Positions 23,529 to 35,060 of a stretch of DNA of 64,000 nucleotides are shown piece by piece (within the stretch, counting starts at the first letter, position 1; every line of letters begins with the position of its first letter). The position numbers were made by a program, and so were the translations under genes. Origin of the DNA: an uncultured Alphaproteobacteria bacterium (GTDB lineage: Bacteria; Pseudomonadota; Alphaproteobacteria; Rhizobiales; Xanthobacteraceae). The stretch covers positions 30,081 through 94,080 of the forward strand of contig CAVSEE010000025.1 of assembly GCA_963726865.1 (NCBI GenBank). The letters run 5' to 3'. The notes beneath the pieces are model-generated. The model was not told the origin of the DNA. It ran no database searches and saw only the letters and a list, made by a program, of their open reading frames with translations.

Positions 23529-24771
23529 ATGTCCACCGCCGTCTCGCCCCTTGCGCCCACCGACGTACCCGCCATGCCCGAGATCGCGGGCGTGAAGCTT
23601 GCGACTGCGGCAGCCGGTATCCGTTACAAGGGGCGCACCGACGTGCTGCTCGCCGTGATGGACAAGGGCACCGCGGTGGCCGGCGTCTTCACCAAATCGA
23701 AGTGCCCGTCGGCGCCGGTGGAATGGTGCCGCGCCAAGCTCAAGCGCGGCCAAGCCCGTGCGCTGGTGGTGAATTCCGGCAATGCCAATGCCTTCACCGG
23801 CAAGACCGGCAAGCAATCGACCGCGCTGACGGCGCAGATCGCCGCCAAGGCCGTCGGCTGCAGCGTCAACGACATCTTCCTCGCTTCGACCGGCGTGATC
23901 GGCGAGCCGCTCGACGCCACCAAGTTCGACGGCGTGCTGGCGACGCTGAACGAAGCTGCCGCGCCCGGCGACTGGATGAACGCGGCGCGCGCCATCATGA
24001 CAACCGACACGTTTCCGAAGGTCGCGACCGCCACCGTCAAACTCGGCAAGGCCAAGGTCACCATCAACGGCATGGCCAAGGGCGCCGGCATGATCATGCC
24101 CGACATGGCGACCATGCTGTCCTTCGTGTTCACCGATGCGCCGCTGTCGGGCGCCGTGCTGCAGTCGCTGCTGAAGAGCGGCGTCGAGGACACGTTCAAC
24201 GCCGTGACCATCGACAGCGACACCTCCACCTCGGACACGCTGCTGGCGTTTGCCACCGGCACGGCTGCAGCGAACGGTGCGCCGAAGATCACGCGCGCCA
24301 GCGATCCCAGGCTGAAGGCCTTTGCCAAGGCGTTTTACGACGTGCTCGCCGATCTGTCCGAACAGGTGGCGCGCGACGGCGAAGGCGCGCGCAAGCTGGT
24401 CGAGGTCATCGTCGAGGGCGCGACGACCAAGGCTTCCGCGCGCAAAATCGCGATGTCGATCGCCAATTCGCCGCTGGTGAAGACCGCGATCGCCGGCGAG
24501 GACGCCAATTGGGGCCGCGTGGTGATGGCGGTCGGCAAGGCCGGCGAGCCCGCCAACCGCGACAAGATCTCGATCTCGTTCAACGGCATCCGCGTCGCCA
24601 AGAGCGGCGCGCGCGATCCGTCCTACAACGAGAGCGAAGTGTCGGAGGCGATGAAGGCAGCCGAAAATCCAGATCAAGGTGACGCTCGGAATCGGCAAGG
24701 GCCGCGACCGCGTGCTGACCTGCGACCTCACCAAGGAATATGTCGCGATCAACGGCGACTATCGTTCCTGA
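23529..24771 (+). CDS. argJ: Bifunctional ornithine acetyltransferase / N-acetylglutamate synthase (frameshift ~24660)
   Basis: [42 protein letters not shown]; ends INGDYRS. Confidence 0.95.
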
Positions 24772-24783
24772 AGCGAAGCGCGC

Positions 24784-25194
24784 ATGGCCGACATCAAACT
24801 CACCCTCGTCGTCGCCTGCGCGCTTGTCGATGCCGACAAGCGCATCCTGCTGGCGCAACGCCCTGAGGGCAAGACGCTGGCGGGCCTCTGGGAATTTCCC
24901 GGCGGCAAGGTCGAGCCGGGCGAGCGGCCGGAGCAGACGCTGATCCGCGAACTGCACGAAGAGCTCGGCATCGACGTCAGCGAGCCGTGTCTGGCGCCGC
25001 TGACCTTCGCCAGCCACGCCTACGAGACGTTTCATCTGCTGATGCCGCTCTACATCTGCCGGCGCTGGGAAGGCCAGGCGATGGCGCGCGAGGGCCAGAA
25101 CCTCGCCTGGGTGCGCGCGAACAAATTGCGCGACTACCCGATGCCGCCGGCGGACATTCCGCTGATCCCGCATTTGATTGATTTGTTGCTGTAG
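24784..25194 (+). CDS. mutT: 8-oxo-dGTP diphosphatase, Nudix family
   Basis: [12 protein letters not shown]...RELHEELG Nudix box; position after argJ. Confidence 0.9.
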   Translation: MADIKLTLVVACALVDADKRILLAQRPEGKTLAGLWEFPGGKVEPGERPEQTLIRELHEELGIDVSEPCLAPLTFASHAYETFHLLMPLYICRRWEGQAMAREGQNLAWVRANKLRDYPMPPADIPLIPHLIDLLL

Positions 25195-25246
25195 TAGCGC
25201 TTCGCCTCTCCCGCTTGCGGGGGAGGGAGCAAGCCACTTTGCGTCC

Positions 25247-26090
25247 CTAACGCTTCGTCCCCTTCACCGCCGCCTCGAGGCTCGCCTTCGCCGAACCCGG
25301 CCGCAGCGGCTGTTGCTGGCTTTCATGCGGCGCCCAGGCGGAGAGCCAGACGATGTCGAAGGTGGCGCGGATGCGGCCGTCGGCATCGGCAAAGCGCTCG
25401 GCGTAGATTTGCGCCATGCGCAGCAGGGTGGCGCGGCGGGTCGGCGTGCGGCGGCGCTCGACGAGAATATTGGTTGCGCCCATCCCTCGGAGATCGCGCA
25501 TCAGCGCAAAGGCGTTGTCGTAGCGCACCACGACGCGGTCGACGTCGGTGACCGGCAGCGCGAGGCCGGCACGCTGCAGCAGCTGGCCGACATCGCGCAG
25601 GTCAGCGAACGGCGCGACGCGCGGCGAGACGCCGCCCTCGCATTCGGCTTCGGCGGCGGCAAAGGATTGCCTGAGCTCGGTGAGCGTGTCGCCGCCGGCA
25701 AGCGCTGCCAGCAACAGCCCGTCGGGCCGCAGCGCGCGGCGGATTTGCGCGAGCACGCCGGGCAGGTCGTTGACGAACTGGAAGGCCAGCGCGGAGACGG
25801 CGAGATCGAGCGACTCGGGTTGAAGCGGCAGATGTCTCGCTGCCGGAATCAAGCTTGATCCGCACCAGCGATTTGAAACGTGCCTCTAGCGGCGCGCGCA
25901 ACGCCTCGCCCGGCGTCCAGATCTCGGCGGCATCGGCAAAATCGCGCTTCACCGCCGCCAACCGGTCGGCCATGTCCTCGGCGACACGGTCGAGCAGGAA
26001 CGTGACCTCACCCTGCTTGCGCGCACGCGCCTGCCGCGCGCGCAGCAGCGCGCGGTCGAACAGGACGGGGGCACTGGCGGGCGGAGCCAT
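25247..26090 (-). CDS. SAM-dependent methyltransferase, BioC/NDUFAF5-like (frameshift ~25850)
   Basis: LFDRALL, NDLPGVLAQIRRALRPDG, GGVSPRVAPF and QPLRPGSA motifs. Confidence 0.85.
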
Positions 26091-26170
26091 GGCCGGTTGG
26101 TACGCCGGTCTGCCCGGTCATGGCAATCGCCTGCTTGAGCGGCGTGCGGGGCGGCGCTAGCCTCAAGGGC

Positions 26171-26956
26171 ATGGATGCCAACACGCCATCCCGCTCGATC
26201 TTCGGTCATTTGCGCGGCGCCTTTGCGCATGCGGCAAAGTTCGCGCTCGACATCGCGCTGCCGACGCTGTGCGTGGCCTGCCGCGAGCCGGTGGACGGCG
26301 AAGGCGTCTGCGCCGCGTGCTGGGCAAAACTGTCGTTCATCGAGCCGCCCTACTGCCCGCGGCTCGGCATTCCCTTTGTCTACGATCCCGGGCCCGAGCT
26401 GTTGTCGATGGAGGCGATCGCCAACCCGCCGGCCTATCAGCGCGCCCGCGCCGCCGTGCGCTATGACGACGTCGCGCGCACGCTGGTGCACGCGCTGAAA
26501 TACCACGACCGCACCGATCTGGCGCCGACCATGGGAAGCTGGATGGCGCGCGCCGGGCGCGAACTGCTCAGCCAGGCCGACGTGCTGGTGCCGGTTCCCC
26601 TGCACTGGCGGCGCGGCTGGAGCCGCCGCTACAACCAGTCCGGCACGCTGGCGCAGGCGATCGGGCGGCAAAGCGGGGTGAAAGTGGCGGCGGAGGCGCT
26701 GCGGCGGGTGCGGGCGACCGAACAGCAGATCGGGCTGTCGCGGGCCCAGCGCGCCAGCAATGTGCAGGGCGCGTTCAAGGTCGACCCGGACCGCATGGCT
26801 GATATCCAGGGCCGCCGCGTGGTGCTGGTCGACGATGTATTGACCTCCGGCGCCACCTCTGACGCCTGCGCCCGGGCGCTGCTGCGCGCCAAAGCGGCGC
26901 AGGTCGACGTGCTGGTGTTCGCCCGGGTTGTGGACAGCCATAAAGCCCACATATAA
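26171..26956 (+). CDS. comF: ComF family protein (double zinc ribbon plus PRTase)
   Basis: CVAC, CAAC, VPVPLH, RRYNQS and VLVDDVLTSGAT motifs. Confidence 0.9.
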   Translation: MDANTPSRSIFGHLRGAFAHAAKFALDIALPTLCVACREPVDGEGVCAACWAKLSFIEPPYCPRLGIPFVYDPGPELLSMEAIANPPAYQRARAAVRYDDVARTLVHALKYHDRTDLAPTMGSWMARAGRELLSQADVLVPVPLHWRRGWSRRYNQSGTLAQAIGRQSGVKVAAEALRRVRATEQQIGLSRAQRASNVQGAFKVDPDRMADIQGRRVVLVDDVLTSGATSDACARALLRAKAAQVDVLVFARVVDSHKAHI

Positions 26957-26987
26957 TCGGGGCTTATTCGAGCGAACCGAGCGCGAT

Positions 26988-27257
26988 ATGGCTGCCATTG
27001 AAATCTACACCCGTCCCGGCTGCGGCTATTGCACCGCTGCGAAATCGCTGCTGACGCGCAAGAACGCGCCGTTCAAGGAGCTGAGCGTCTCGGCCGACCC
27101 CGCCTATCGCGACGAGATGTATCAGCGCGCCGGCGACGGCGTGACGTTTCCGCAGATCTTCATCGGCAAGACCCATGTCGGCGGCTGCGACGAGCTCTAT
27201 GCGCTCGATCGCGAAGGCAAGCTCGACTCCCTGCTCACCAGCGAAGGCGTGCTCTGA
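26988..27257 (+). CDS. grxC: Glutaredoxin 3
   Basis: CGYC active site; TFPQIFIG, GGCDEL. Confidence 0.93.
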   Translation: MAAIEIYTRPGCGYCTAAKSLLTRKNAPFKELSVSADPAYRDEMYQRAGDGVTFPQIFIGKTHVGGCDELYALDREGKLDSLLTSEGVL

Positions 27258-28136
27258 TGGCAAATGGCGACAAATTCACCGCCGCGATGGTGCAGATGCG
27301 CACCGCGCTCCTGCCCGAGCCGAGCCTCGAGCAGGCCACCAAGCTGATCCGCGAGGCGGCGAAGCAGGGCGCCGACTACGTGCAGACGCCCGAGGTCAGC
27401 AACATGATGCAGCTGAACCGCAAGGCGCTGTTCGAGCATCTGGCCGAGCGAAGAGGACGACAAGTCGCTGAAGGCCTATCGCGCGCTGGCGAAGGAATTG
27501 AAGATCCATCTCCATGTCGGATCGCTGGCGCTGAAGTTTTCGCCGGAGAAGGCGGTCAACCGCTCCTTCCTGATCGCGCCCGACGGCGCGGTGCTCGCGA
27601 GCTACGACAAGATCCACATGTTCGACATCGACCTGCCCGGCGGCGAGAGCTATCGCGAGTCCGCCAACTACCAGCCGGGCGAGACCGCCGTGATCTCCGA
27701 CCTGCCCTGGGGCCGCATCGGGCTGACCATCTGCTACGACGTGCGCTTCCCGGCGCTGTACCGCGCGCTGGCCGAGAGCGGCGCGTCCTTCCTCACGGTG
27801 CCCTCCGCCTTCACGCGCAAGACCGGCGAAGCGCACTGGCATGTGCTGCTGCGCTCGCGCGCCATCGAGACCGGCTGCTTCGTGTTTGCCGCGGCGCAAG
27901 CCGGCATGCATGAGAACAAGCGCGAGACCTTCGGGCACTCGCTGATCGTCGATCCCTGGGGCGTCGTCATCGCCGAAGGCGGCGTCGAGCCCGGCGTGTT
28001 CCTGGCCGAGATCGATCCCGCGAAGGTCGAGACCGCGCGCAAGACGATTCCCTCGCTGCAGCATGGCCGCCGCTTCGGCATCGCCGATCCCAAGGCCGGC
28101 CCCGAACATCTGCACCTGGTGCGGGGCTCGGCATGA
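27257..28136 (+). CDS. Carbon-nitrogen hydrolase (Nit1-like; frameshift ~27449)
   Basis: TPE, YDKIHMFD and ICYDVRFP catalytic E-K-C triad; RAIETGC. Confidence 0.9.
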
Positions 28137-28610
28137 TCCGCTACTCGCTGCGCTGCGAGCAGGACCACTCTTTCGAGAGCTGGTTCCAAAGCTCGTCGGC
28201 GTACGACCAGCAGGTGAAGCGCAAGCTCGTGAGCTGTCCGGTGTGCGGCTCGGCGAAGGTCGAGAAGGCCATCATGGCCCCGCGCATCGTCGGCAAGAAG
28301 GGCCGCGAGAAAACCGCCAGCGCCGGTGGAAGCCGCCGCGCCTGCGGAGGCGCCGGCGACGGAGTCGACCTCGCTGATGATGGCGCAGGAGCGCGAGCTG
28401 CGCGCCAAGATCAAGGAACTGCGCGACCACATCGTCAAGAACGCCGACAATGTCGGCGAGAAGTTTCCCAACGAAGCGCGCGCCATGCATTACGGCGACA
28501 AGGAACATCGCCCGATCTATGGCGAGGCCTCGCCCGAGGAAGCGCGCGCGCTGGTCGACGAAGGCGTCGAAGTCTCGCCGCTGCCGACGCTGCCGGAAGA
28601 CCGGAACTGA
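28133..28610 (+). CDS. DUF1178 family protein (frameshift ~28320)
   Basis: MIRYSLRC..H.FESWF, CPVCGS, KAIMAP, EARAMHYG, IYGEAS. Confidence 0.88.
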
Positions 28611-28613
28611 CGG

Positions 28614-29514
28614 CTACGCCGCAACCAGCAGCGCCACACCGACCACGATCAGCACAATGCCGCTCGCTTCGCGCGCCGAGATCGGCTGCTTGAACGAGTA
28701 ATACGACACGGCCTGCGCGAACAGCACCTCGACCAGCGCCAGGGTGCGCACGTTGGCGGCCGCGGTCAGCGCGAACGCCAGGAACCAGAACTGCGAGGCG
28801 AAGGCGCCCATGAAGCCCGCGAGCATCGAGGGCCGCCACAGGCCGAGGATCGCCTTCAGCACAGCAGGCGCACGCGCCAGCAGATAGATCGTCAGCACCA
28901 GCGTCTGCACGAACAGGCCACACACCAGCGTGAAGGACGCCGTCGTCACGAACGACACACCGGGCACGCTGATGATGGCGCCGCGAAAGCCGATCGCCGA
29001 CAGCGCAAAGCCCGCGCCGGCAACGAGGCCGATGATGGTCGGCCGCAACTCCGGCAAAACCCTTTTCGCCGCCGGGCCGCAGCGCGGTGATGACGACGCC
29101 GACGGTGGCGATCACGATCGCCAGCACTTTCAGCCAGGTCAGGTGATCGCCGAGGAAGACGAAGCCGAAGATCGCGGTCTGGATCGCTTCGGTCTTGATG
29201 TACGCCGTGGTCACCACGAAGGAGCGGTCGTTCATCGCCACCAGCATCAACCCGGTGGCGACGATCTGGCTGAGCGCGCCGAGCAGCAGCCACGGCCAGA
29301 ACGCCGCGTTCGGCCACGGCACCTTGTCGCCGCTGACCAGCACGACCACGACGAAGAAGACGATCGAGAACGGAAAGCCGAACAGGAAGCGGATATTGGT
29401 CGCGCCCCAGGTGCCGAGCGGCCCGGTCAGCGAACGCTGCATCGCATTGCGCGCGACCTGGCCGCCCGCAGCGATGAAGGTGAAGGGAATCCAGAGCGAG
29501 GCGACGGTGAACAT
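28614..29514 (-). CDS. DMT/EamA family transporter (frameshift ~29055)
   Basis: Multiple hydrophobic helices; RFLFGFPF and AYIKTE motifs. Confidence 0.85.
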
Positions 29515-29625
29515 GAGGGAGACCGGCTGGCAGGACGGCCAAGGTGCCGGGCGCGGCGCGTGCGGTCAACGGGGATGGCGCATGACTGCGATGCGCCGCG
29601 CCGCGAATCGGACAGGCAGCGTGCG

Positions 29626-29765
29626 CTCCCTCTCCCCGCTCTTGCCGGGAGAGGGTTGGGGTGAGGGGCTGCCTCAGCACAGAAAGTGAGAGATGGATTC
29701 GCGGTGAGTCCCCCTCACCCGCCGCGCTGAAGCGCGGCGACCTTTCCCCGCAAGCGGGGCGAGGT
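29626..29765. repeat. Intergenic palindromic element (CTCTCCCC...GGGGCGAGG family)
   Basis: Nested hairpins with GGGTGAGGGG/CCCCTCACCC; related to 6303-6428 and a partial copy at ~25205-25229. Confidence 0.75.
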
Positions 29766-29774
29766 AAGAAAGAC

Positions 29775-30527
29775 CTACATCCCCTCGGCGACCACCATGT
29801 AGTTCACGTCCATGTCGGCGGAGAGGCCCCATTTGTCGGCGAGGGGGCTGTAGACCACGCCGGTCTCCTCGGTGATCGCGAGCTTGCTGGCGGCGAGGTG
29901 GCGGGCGAGTTCGTCGGGGGTGACGAACTTGTTCCACTCATGGGTGCCGCGCGGCAGCCAGCGCAGCACATATTCGGCGCCGACGATGGCGAGCGCAAAG
30001 CTCTTCCAGTTGCGGTTGATGGTGGAGACCACCATCAGCCCGCCGGGCTTCAGCATCGTTGCACAGTGGTTGAGGAACATGCCGACATCGACGACATGCT
30101 CGATCACTTCCATCGCCAGAACGACGTCGAAGCGTTCGCGGTGGTCCATCTCTTCCACGGTGGTGCAGCGATAGTCGATCGACAGATGCCCCTTGTCGGC
30201 GTGCAGCTTTGCCGCCGCAATGTTGGTCGCGGACGGATCGATGCCGATCACCTGTGCGCCGAGCCGCGTGAACGGCTCGCACAGCAGCCCTGCGCCGCAG
30301 CCGATGTCGAGCATGCGCAGGCCGGAGAGGCAGTTGAGGCTTTTGACGTTGCGCGAAAATTTGCGGCATGCCGCATCGCGGATATAGGCGAGCCGCAGCG
30401 GATTGATCTTGTGCAGCGGCGCCATCTTGCCTTTGGGGTCCCACCACTCCGCCGACAGTTTTGAGAATTTCGCCACTTCGGCCGGATCGACCGTGGGACC
30501 TGTGGCGCCTGTTGAACTCATGGACAT
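29775..30527 (-). CDS. ubiG: Ubiquinone biosynthesis O-methyltransferase
   Basis: EVAKFS...WWDPKG.MAPLH.INPLR, LDIGCGAGLL, EVIEHV, LPRGTH. Confidence 0.95.
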   Translation of the reverse strand: MSMSSTGATGPTVDPAEVAKFSKLSAEWWDPKGKMAPLHKINPLRLAYIRDAACRKFSRNVKSLNCLSGLRMLDIGCGAGLLCEPFTRLGAQVIGIDPSATNIAAAKLHADKGHLSIDYRCTTVEEMDHRERFDVVLAMEVIEHVVDVGMFLNHCATMLKPGGLMVVSTINRNWKSFALAIVGAEYVLRWLPRGTHEWNKFVTPDELARHLAASKLAITEETGVVYSPLADKWGLSADMDVNYMVVAEGM

Positions 30528-30540
30528 GTGAGGGCAGCTC

Positions 30541-31012
30541 TCAACGCGCGGTGATGGAATTGCGGAACGACAGCGGCGAGGCGATGGTGGTGATGGTCTC
30601 CCTGCCCTCGCCCACCCCCATGATGGTGACGTCGCCGTAGTCGAAGATGCGGCCAATGATGGACTGCGTGACGTCGACGCTCTCGACCTTGTCGAGGCTC
30701 ATCTCGAACGTCTTGCGCGAGATGAACCCGGTCTTGTGCACCACGCGCAGATTGGTGACGTCGGTCTCGGTGGTCCAGCGATGGAACCAGGCGGTAACGG
30801 TCTTGTAGAGCGCAAACAGGCGCCACGATCGCCGCCAGCGCCCAGCATGCCACGATCAGCGGGCTGCCCGCCGGCACCATTCCCGACAACGCCATGAATA
30901 CGGCGGCGAGAACCCAGAGCAGAATCGCGGGTCCGAAGAAGACCCAGTGCGCATTGGTGGAATACAGCACCTTCTCCCCGGGCTGCAGGATGTCGTCGAT
31001 ATAACGGCCCAT
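30541..31012 (-). CDS. Bacterial PH-domain (bPH_2) membrane protein (frameshift ~30820)
   Basis: LQPGEKVLY...HW, two TM helices, TNLRVVHKTG, VESVDV.Q...GRIFDYGDV. Confidence 0.82.
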
Positions 31013-31205
31013 ACGCCTTACCTACCTCAGTTACCCCTGTGCGACAGCTTCTTGTGCCACAGCCCGCGCCGGCTGACCCCCGACCCCGCAGGAACCCGCT
31101 TGCCCCCGGCCGCGCCGCTATGTATACGCGCGTTTCGGCGGCTGCGCTGCCGTTTTAAGCAAGTCACTGGATTTAATCCTTATTCAAGGGAATGCACGAA
31201 TCGTC

Positions 31206-32462
31206 ATGAGCCGCCTCGTGATGAAATTCGGCGGCACATCCGTCGCCAATATCGACCGCATCCGCAACGTCGCGCGCCATGTGAAGCGCGAGGTCGATGC
31301 CGGCCATGACGTGGCCGTGGTGGTGTCGGCCATGGCCGGCAAGACCAACGAGCTGGTCGCCTGGTGCACCGAAGCTTCTCCCATGCATGATGCGCGGGAA
31401 TATGACGCCGTGGTGGCATCCGGCGAGCAGGTGACCTCGGGCCTGCTGGCGATCGTGCTGCAGGGCATGGGCATCCAGGCTCGCTCCTGGCAGGGCTGGC
31501 AGATTCCGATCAAGACCAGCGACGCGCATGCGTCCGCGCGCATCCTCGAGATCGACGGCAGCGAGATCATCAACCGTTTCAGGGATCGCAAGGAAGTCGC
31601 CGTCATCGCCGGCTTCCAGGGCATCAACCCGGAGACCCGCCGCATCACCACGCTCGGCCGCGGCGGCTCCGATACGTCGGCGGTCGCGGTTGCAGCCGCC
31701 ATCCATGCCGACCGTTGCGACATCTACACCGACGTCGACGGCGTCTACACGACCGATCCGCGCGTGGTGCCGAAGGCGCGCCGGCTCGACAAGATCGCGT
31801 TCGAGGACATGCTGGAGCTGGCCTCGCAGGGCGCCAAGGTTCTGCAGGTGCGCTCGGTGGAACTCGGCATGGTGCACAATGTGCGTGTGTTCGTGCGCTC
31901 CAGCTTCGACAAGCCCGAGGATATCGACCCGCACGCCAACCAGCCGCCGGGCACGCTGATCTGCAGCGAGGAGGAAATCATGGAAAGCCACGTCGTCACC
32001 GGCATCGCCTTCTCCAAGGACGAGGCGCAGATTTCCGTGCGCCAGATCGAGGACAAGCCGGGCGTGGCCGCCGCGATCTTCGGGCCGCTCGCCGACGCCA
32101 ATATCAACGTCGACATGATCGTGCAGAACGTCTCCGAGGACGGCAAGACCACCGACCTCACCTTCACGGTGCCGGCCGCCGACTACAACCGCGCCAGGGA
32201 GACCATCACCTCGTCCAAGGGCAAGATCGGCTACGCGCGGCTCGACAGCGCGACCGATGTCGCCAAGGTTTCGGTGATCGGCAGCGGCATGCGCAGCCAT
32301 GCCGGCGTCGCCGCCAAGGCATTCGCCGCGCTCGCCGAGCGCAAGATCAACATCCGCGCCATTACGACGTCGGAGATCAAGTTTTCGGTGCTGATTGACG
32401 CGGCCTACACCGAGCTTGCGGTGCGCACCCTGCACACGCTCTACGGGCTCGATCAGGTTTAG
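31206..32462 (+). CDS. lysC: Aspartate kinase
   Basis: VMKFGGTSV, VVVSAM, TLGRGGSDTSA and DVDGVYTTDP motifs; ACT domains. Confidence 0.97.
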   Translation: MSRLVMKFGGTSVANIDRIRNVARHVKREVDAGHDVAVVVSAMAGKTNELVAWCTEASPMHDAREYDAVVASGEQVTSGLLAIVLQGMGIQARSWQGWQIPIKTSDAHASARILEIDGSEIINRFRDRKEVAVIAGFQGINPETRRITTLGRGGSDTSAVAVAAAIHADRCDIYTDVDGVYTTDPRVVPKARRLDKIAFEDMLELASQGAKVLQVRSVELGMVHNVRVFVRSSFDKPEDIDPHANQPPGTLICSEEEIMESHVVTGIAFSKDEAQISVRQIEDKPGVAAAIFGPLADANINVDMIVQNVSEDGKTTDLTFTVPAADYNRARETITSSKGKIGYARLDSATDVAKVSVIGSGMRSHAGVAAKAFAALAERKINIRAITTSEIKFSVLIDAAYTELAVRTLHTLYGLDQV

Positions 32463-32726
32463 AACAATTTTCTCTTAGCGGTCGCAGCATCGACCCCACA
32501 GAGACGTTATTGTCTCTGGCAGGCGTTTTGCTTGGCAATATCAGCTTTGATTGGCTATACGGCCTGATAGGTGAGCAGCCGCAAACTGTGCCACAGTTTT
32601 GGTGATCCCGATTCGGCCGGGAGGGGCTCGCGCCGGTGCCGAAATGAATAAAATTGTTGTTTTGTCCGCGTATTACGCCAGTGACCGGCCACCCGGCTTG
32701 CTGGCCTTGGGGAGGATTGGCTGATC

Positions 32727-34994
32727 ATGCGGAGCGCGTCGGGAGGTCCCCGCGTCTTGCTGAGACGGCTCCGCGAAACCATGGCGGAGCAAGTCTCCGC
32801 ACAGGAACGCCTCGACAAGATCGTGGTGCTGATCGCGGCCAACATGGTGGCCGAGGTCTGCTCCTGCTACGTGCTGCGCGTCGACAACACGCTCGAACTC
32901 TACGCCACCGAAGGCCTGAAGCGCGAAGCCGTGCACCGCACGGTCCTGAGCGCGCATGAAGGCCTGGTCGGCCTCGTCGCCAGCGAAGCGACGCCGCTGA
33001 ACCTGTCGGACGCGCAGAGCCACCCGGCGTTCTCGTACCGCCCGGAAACCGGCGAAGAAATCTACCACTCCTTCCTCGGCGTGCCGGTGCTGCGCGCCGG
33101 CAACACGCTCGGCGTGCTCGTGGTGCAGAACCGCGCCAAGCGCAACTACGTCGAGGAAGAAGTCGAGGCGCTGCAGACCACCGCCATGGTGCTGGCGGAG
33201 ATGATCGCTTCGGGCGAATTGTCGGCGCTGGCCCAGCCCGGCGCCGAGCCCGCGGCGCGGCACTCGCTGCACAAGAGCGGCAGTGTGCTCTCCGAAGGCA
33301 TCGCGCTCGGCCATGTCGTGCTGCACGAGCCGCGCGTCGTCATCAAGGATTACATCGCCGAGGACCTGCCGAAGGAAATCAAGCGGCTCGACGCGGCGCT
33401 GCTCAAGCTGCGCGCCGATCTCGACCGCATGCTGGAGCGCGGCGACGTCGCCGAAGGCGGCGAGCATCGCGACGTGCTGGAAGCCTACCGCATGTTCGCC
33501 AACGACCAGGGCTGGTCGCACAAGCTGCACGAAGCGGTCGGCACCGGCCTCACCGCGGAAGCCGCGGTCGAACGCGTGCAGTCCGACACCCGCGCGCGCA
33601 TGCTGCGCTCGACCGATCCCTATTTGCGCGAGCGCCTGCACGACCTCGAGGACCTCGGTCACCGACTGATGCGCCAGCTGGTCGGCCGCGACCACGCGCC
33701 ATCGAGGGAACAGATGCCCGACAACGCGATCCTGATCGCGCGCGCGATGGGCCCGGCGGCGCTGCTCGACTATGACCGCAAGCGGCTGCGCGGCCTCGTG
33801 CTGGAGGAAGGCACCGCCAATTCGCACGTCGCCATCGTCGCGCGCGCGCTCGGCATTCCCGCGGTCGGCGAGGTGCCGAACGCGCCCGGCATTGCCGATC
33901 CGGGCGACGCCATCATCGTCGACGGCACCTCGGGCTCGATCTATGTGCGGCCGTCCAGCGAAATCGAATCGGCCTATGCCGAGCGCGTCCGCCTGCGCGC
34001 GCGGCGGCAGGCGCAGTACTCGGCGCTGCGCGACCTGCCCTGCAAGACCAAGGACGGCCAGCCGGTCGAGCTCCTGATCAATGCCGGCCTCGTCATCGAC
34101 CTGCCGCATATCGAGGACACCGGCAGCGCCGGCATCGGGCTGTTCCGCACCGAGCTGCAATTCATGGTGAGCCCGAGCCTGCCGCGCTCGTCCGATCAGC
34201 TCGCGCTTTACCGCACCGTGCTCGATGCCGCCGGCGACAAGCCCGTGACCTTCCGCACCCTCGATATCGGCGGCGACAAGGCGCTGCCCTATATGGAGAC
34301 GGTGATCGAGGAAAATCCGGCGCTGGGCTGGCGCGCGATCCGGCTCGGGCTCGACCGGCCGGGATTGCTGCGCGGCCAGATCCGCGCGCTGCTCCGCGCC
34401 GGCGGCGGGCGTTCGCTGAAGATCATGTTCCCGATGATCTCCGAGGTCGCCGAGTTCGACGCGGCGAAAGCCATCGTCGAGCGCGAGCTGACTTATCTGC
34501 GCCAGCACGGCCATTCGCTGCCCGAGCGCATCGACATCGGCACCATGGTGGAGGTGCCGGCGCTGCTCTACCAGATGGACGAGCTCTTGAAGAAGGTGGA
34601 CTTCGTCTCGGTCGGCTCCAACGATTTGTTCCAGTTCATGTTCGCGGTCGATCGCGGCAACGCCAAGGTGTCGGAGCGTTTCGACACCTTGTCGGCGCCG
34701 ATCCTGCGCGCGCTGCGCGACATCGTGCGTAAGGCCAATGCCGCGAAGAAGGGTGTCTCGCTGTGCGGCGAGATGGCCTCAAAACCGCTCGGCGCGCTGG
34801 CGCTGATCGCGCTCGGCTATCGCTCGCTGTCGCTGTCGGCGACCGCGCACGGCCCGGTGAAGGCGATGATCCTCGACCTCGACGCCAAAAAGGCGGGGGC
34901 GATGATCAATCCGCTGCTCGATGCGCCGTCCGGCAGCGTCTCGATCAAGCAGAAGCTGACGGAATTCGCGGAAGCCGAGGGGTTGTCGTTGTAG
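32727..34994 (+). CDS. ptsP: PEP-protein phosphotransferase EI(Ntr) with GAF domain
   Basis: N-terminal GAF; SHVAIVAR, GIGLFRTE, RTLDIGGDK, SVGSNDL and CGEMA motifs. Confidence 0.97.
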   Translation: MRSASGGPRVLLRRLRETMAEQVSAQERLDKIVVLIAANMVAEVCSCYVLRVDNTLELYATEGLKREAVHRTVLSAHEGLVGLVASEATPLNLSDAQSHPAFSYRPETGEEIYHSFLGVPVLRAGNTLGVLVVQNRAKRNYVEEEVEALQTTAMVLAEMIASGELSALAQPGAEPAARHSLHKSGSVLSEGIALGHVVLHEPRVVIKDYIAEDLPKEIKRLDAALLKLRADLDRMLERGDVAEGGEHRDVLEAYRMFANDQGWSHKLHEAVGTGLTAEAAVERVQSDTRARMLRSTDPYLRERLHDLEDLGHRLMRQLVGRDHAPSREQMPDNAILIARAMGPAALLDYDRKRLRGLVLEEGTANSHVAIVARALGIPAVGEVPNAPGIADPGDAIIVDGTSGSIYVRPSSEIESAYAERVRLRARRQAQYSALRDLPCKTKDGQPVELLINAGLVIDLPHIEDTGSAGIGLFRTELQFMVSPSLPRSSDQLALYRTVLDAAGDKPVTFRTLDIGGDKALPYMETVIEENPALGWRAIRLGLDRPGLLRGQIRALLRAGGGRSLKIMFPMISEVAEFDAAKAIVERELTYLRQHGHSLPERIDIGTMVEVPALLYQMDELLKKVDFVSVGSNDLFQFMFAVDRGNAKVSERFDTLSAPILRALRDIVRKANAAKKGVSLCGEMASKPLGALALIALGYRSLSLSATAHGPVKAMILDLDAKKAGAMINPLLDAPSGSVSIKQKLTEFAEAEGLSL

Positions 34995-35060
34995 CGAGGC
35001 CTCCGTTTACGCCGCGACGCTTCCGCTCCGCTACAGCTTTTCTGCTATCTGAGAACCGCC